Notes under the pieces: generated by a model | What the model was told of the DNA's origin: nothing | The model's database searches: none | The model's input: the letters and a program-made list of their open reading frames with translations, nothing else | Shown: positions 62,688 through 64,000 of the stretch, piece by piece | Numbering within the stretch: the first letter of the stretch is position 1 | How the letters are laid out: the number at the start of each line of letters is the position of its first letter | NCBI GenBank assembly: GCA_045654645.1 | Contig: JAZONR010000023.1 | Span: 730-64,729, forward strand | DNA from: Bacteroidaceae bacterium | GTDB taxonomy: Bacteria > Bacteroidota > Bacteroidia > Bacteroidales > Bacteroidaceae | Length of the DNA: 64,000 nt | Direction: 5' to 3' | Position numbers and translations under genes: made by a program

Positions 62688-64000
62688 AAAGAGCATTATC
62701 ATTGATTACAGTGGTGCTTGCAGCATCTTTTACGCAGGCACAGGTGTTGCACGTGAACAACACCGACGGCACATACCTTGCAACAGAGACAAAGGATGTG
62801 CAGAGCATAACTTTTGACCAGGAGCAAAAGCTTGTGAGCATTGCATCACAAAGCCGGGGTGCCAATGTAACAAGCACCTTTGCCACAGAGAAGGTTCAGA
62901 ACATAGCCCTTGAGACTGCGTGCAATGAGGCGCTGACCTATGACCTGAACCCCACAATATCTGTAGAGAGCAGTGCACCTGCCAATTTCTATGAAATAGC
63001 AGATGTCATAGAAACCGATGAGAATAAAGACGAGTATGGAGATTTTGTAGAGAATTTCAGCAGCAAACAGGTGATTACCGTAACCTTTAGCGAGGGTAGC
63101 GTAAAGACAGGCGCCCTGCCGTCAGGCATAACTGCAACAATAGACAAAGGGCACATTGTAATAAATTCATCCAACTCGGGCATAACATACACCCTGAAAG
63201 GAACTTCCAGCAACGGCTCAATAAAGATATACAGTACAAAGAAGTTCAGGATATTTACAAACAGACTAACCCTCACAAACCCCACGGGCCCCGCAATAAA
63301 CATTCAAAGCGGAAAGAGTGTCTATTTCTCAATTGCCGATGGCACAACAAACACCCTTTGCGATGGCGAGACATACGCAGCACCCACCATTGCAGCCGAC
63401 GGCACCGAAGAGGACCAGAAGGGAACACTCTTTAGCGAAGGACAGCTGATTTTTGACGGCTACAACGCCGGCACCGGAAAGCTCGAAGTTACAAGCAAGG
63501 GCGGCCACGCCATCTGCAGCGATGACTACATACGTGTGCGCGGCGGAAACATCAGCATCGTCTCAGCCGCCAAGGACGGCTTCCGCACAAAGGAGCAGTT
63601 CATCATTGGCCGCACCGAGGCATACTCCCCCACAATCACCATCAACGCCACAAACAACGGCATCGACTGCAGCGAGGGCACACTCACCATTAATGCAGGC
63701 AAGCTCAACATCACATCGGGCAGTGAAGCCATAAAAGTGGAGTATGAGGAGGAGGTACCCGACGCAGCTGTTAAACCCGATGTATATATAAAAGGAGGAT
63801 ATATAAGCACACAGACCACAGGAGAAAAGAGTTCGGCCATAAAGTGCACAGGCAACTACACACACAGTGGCGGTATTCTGCACGCGCAGGTAAATGGCAA
63901 CGGCTCAAAAATCATCAACAGCGACGGCAATGTTACCATTGACAGCGGCAAGCTCACAGGCATAGCTAAAGGCACCACCTCAAGCGACAACACATCGGCC
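62684..64000 (+). CDS. Secreted parallel beta-helix protein of the Cthe_2159 / carbohydrate-binding-domain (DUF4353) type, 3'-truncated by window end
   Basis: My own translation from ATG 62684, which overlaps the previous TGA as ATGA. Signal peptide is MKRALSLITVVLAASFTQA/QV. Repetitive coils follow: ...GSIKIYSTKKFRIFTNRLTLTNPTGPAINIQSGKSVYFSI...GKLEVTSKGGHAICSDDYIRVRGGNISIVSAAKDGFRT...GTLTINAGKLNITSGSEAIKV. The frame is open to position 64000. Confidence 0.7.
   Translation, partial: MKRALSLITVVLAASFTQAQVLHVNNTDGTYLATETKDVQSITFDQEQKLVSIASQSRGANVTSTFATEKVQNIALETACNEALTYDLNPTISVESSAPANFYEIADVIETDENKDEYGDFVENFSSKQVITVTFSEGSVKTGALPSGITATIDKGHIVINSSNSGITYTLKGTSSNGSIKIYSTKKFRIFTNRLTLTNPTGPAINIQSGKSVYFSIADGTTNTLCDGETYAAPTIAADGTEEDQKGTLFSEGQLIFDGYNAGTGKLEVTSKGGHAICSDDYIRVRGGNISIVSAAKDGFRTKEQFIIGRTEAYSPTITINATNNGIDCSEGTLTINAGKLNITSGSEAIKVEYEEEVPDAAVKPDVYIKGGYISTQTTGEKSSAIKCTGNYTHSGGILHAQVNGNGSKIINSDGNVTIDSGKLTGIAKGTTSSDNTSA

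Noticed and set aside
1-64000. Search for CRISPR arrays, IS elements, integrases, phage genes, toxin-antitoxin pairs or known defence systems
   Set aside because: No direct-repeat arrays, terminal inverted repeats flanking a transposase-like ORF, recombinase motifs or small paired ORFs of toxin-antitoxin type were seen. tRNA-Arg at 54030-54103 has no adjacent integrase or duplicated 3' segment.

Overview
This is a 64-kb chromosomal segment from a Bacteroidota genome, probably a Bacteroidales species that has a type IX secretion system (T9SS). The assignment rests on four things visible in the sequence. Bacteroidetes-type -7 promoter boxes (TAnnTTTG or TAnnTTCG) sit 16-60 nt upstream of most gene starts. 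There is a T9SS C-terminal sorting domain and a DUF5103 T9SS-plug-like gene. There is a Bacteroides-type N-succinylornithine carbamoyltransferase. Lipoproteins and TonB-dependent receptors are common. I support about 52 protein genes (two truncated by the window edges), one tRNA-Arg(CCG), one cobalamin riboswitch, about 25 promoter boxes and about 16 hairpin terminators. I found no CRISPR array, transposase, integrase, phage gene or recognisable defence system. Most of the window is housekeeping: rpsF-rpsR-rplI, glnS, proS, asnA, ung, nfo, rpe, glmM, fhs, rarA, secG, tamB and lptD/lptE-like genes. The best candidate for an undescribed system is the tightly packed operon at 59.7-64.0 kb. It encodes a stand-alone VTC (triphosphate-tunnel, polyphosphate-polymerase-like) enzyme, a DUF4956 polytopic membrane protein, a DUF2490 outer-membrane barrel, a small T9SS cargo protein and a Cthe_2159-type beta-helix protein that runs off the window end. 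Secondary points of interest are a B12 riboswitch-btuB-lipoprotein locus, an EF-G paralog with degenerate GTPase motifs, a tamB gene with no canonical start codon for its membrane anchor, a paired near-palindromic repeat abutting a sensor-less sigma-54 activator gene, and an exact TATCTTCG promoter box that recurs seven times. All calls come from reading the translations and the nucleotide sequence. No database search was run, so family names are recognitions from memory and need HMM/BLAST confirmation.
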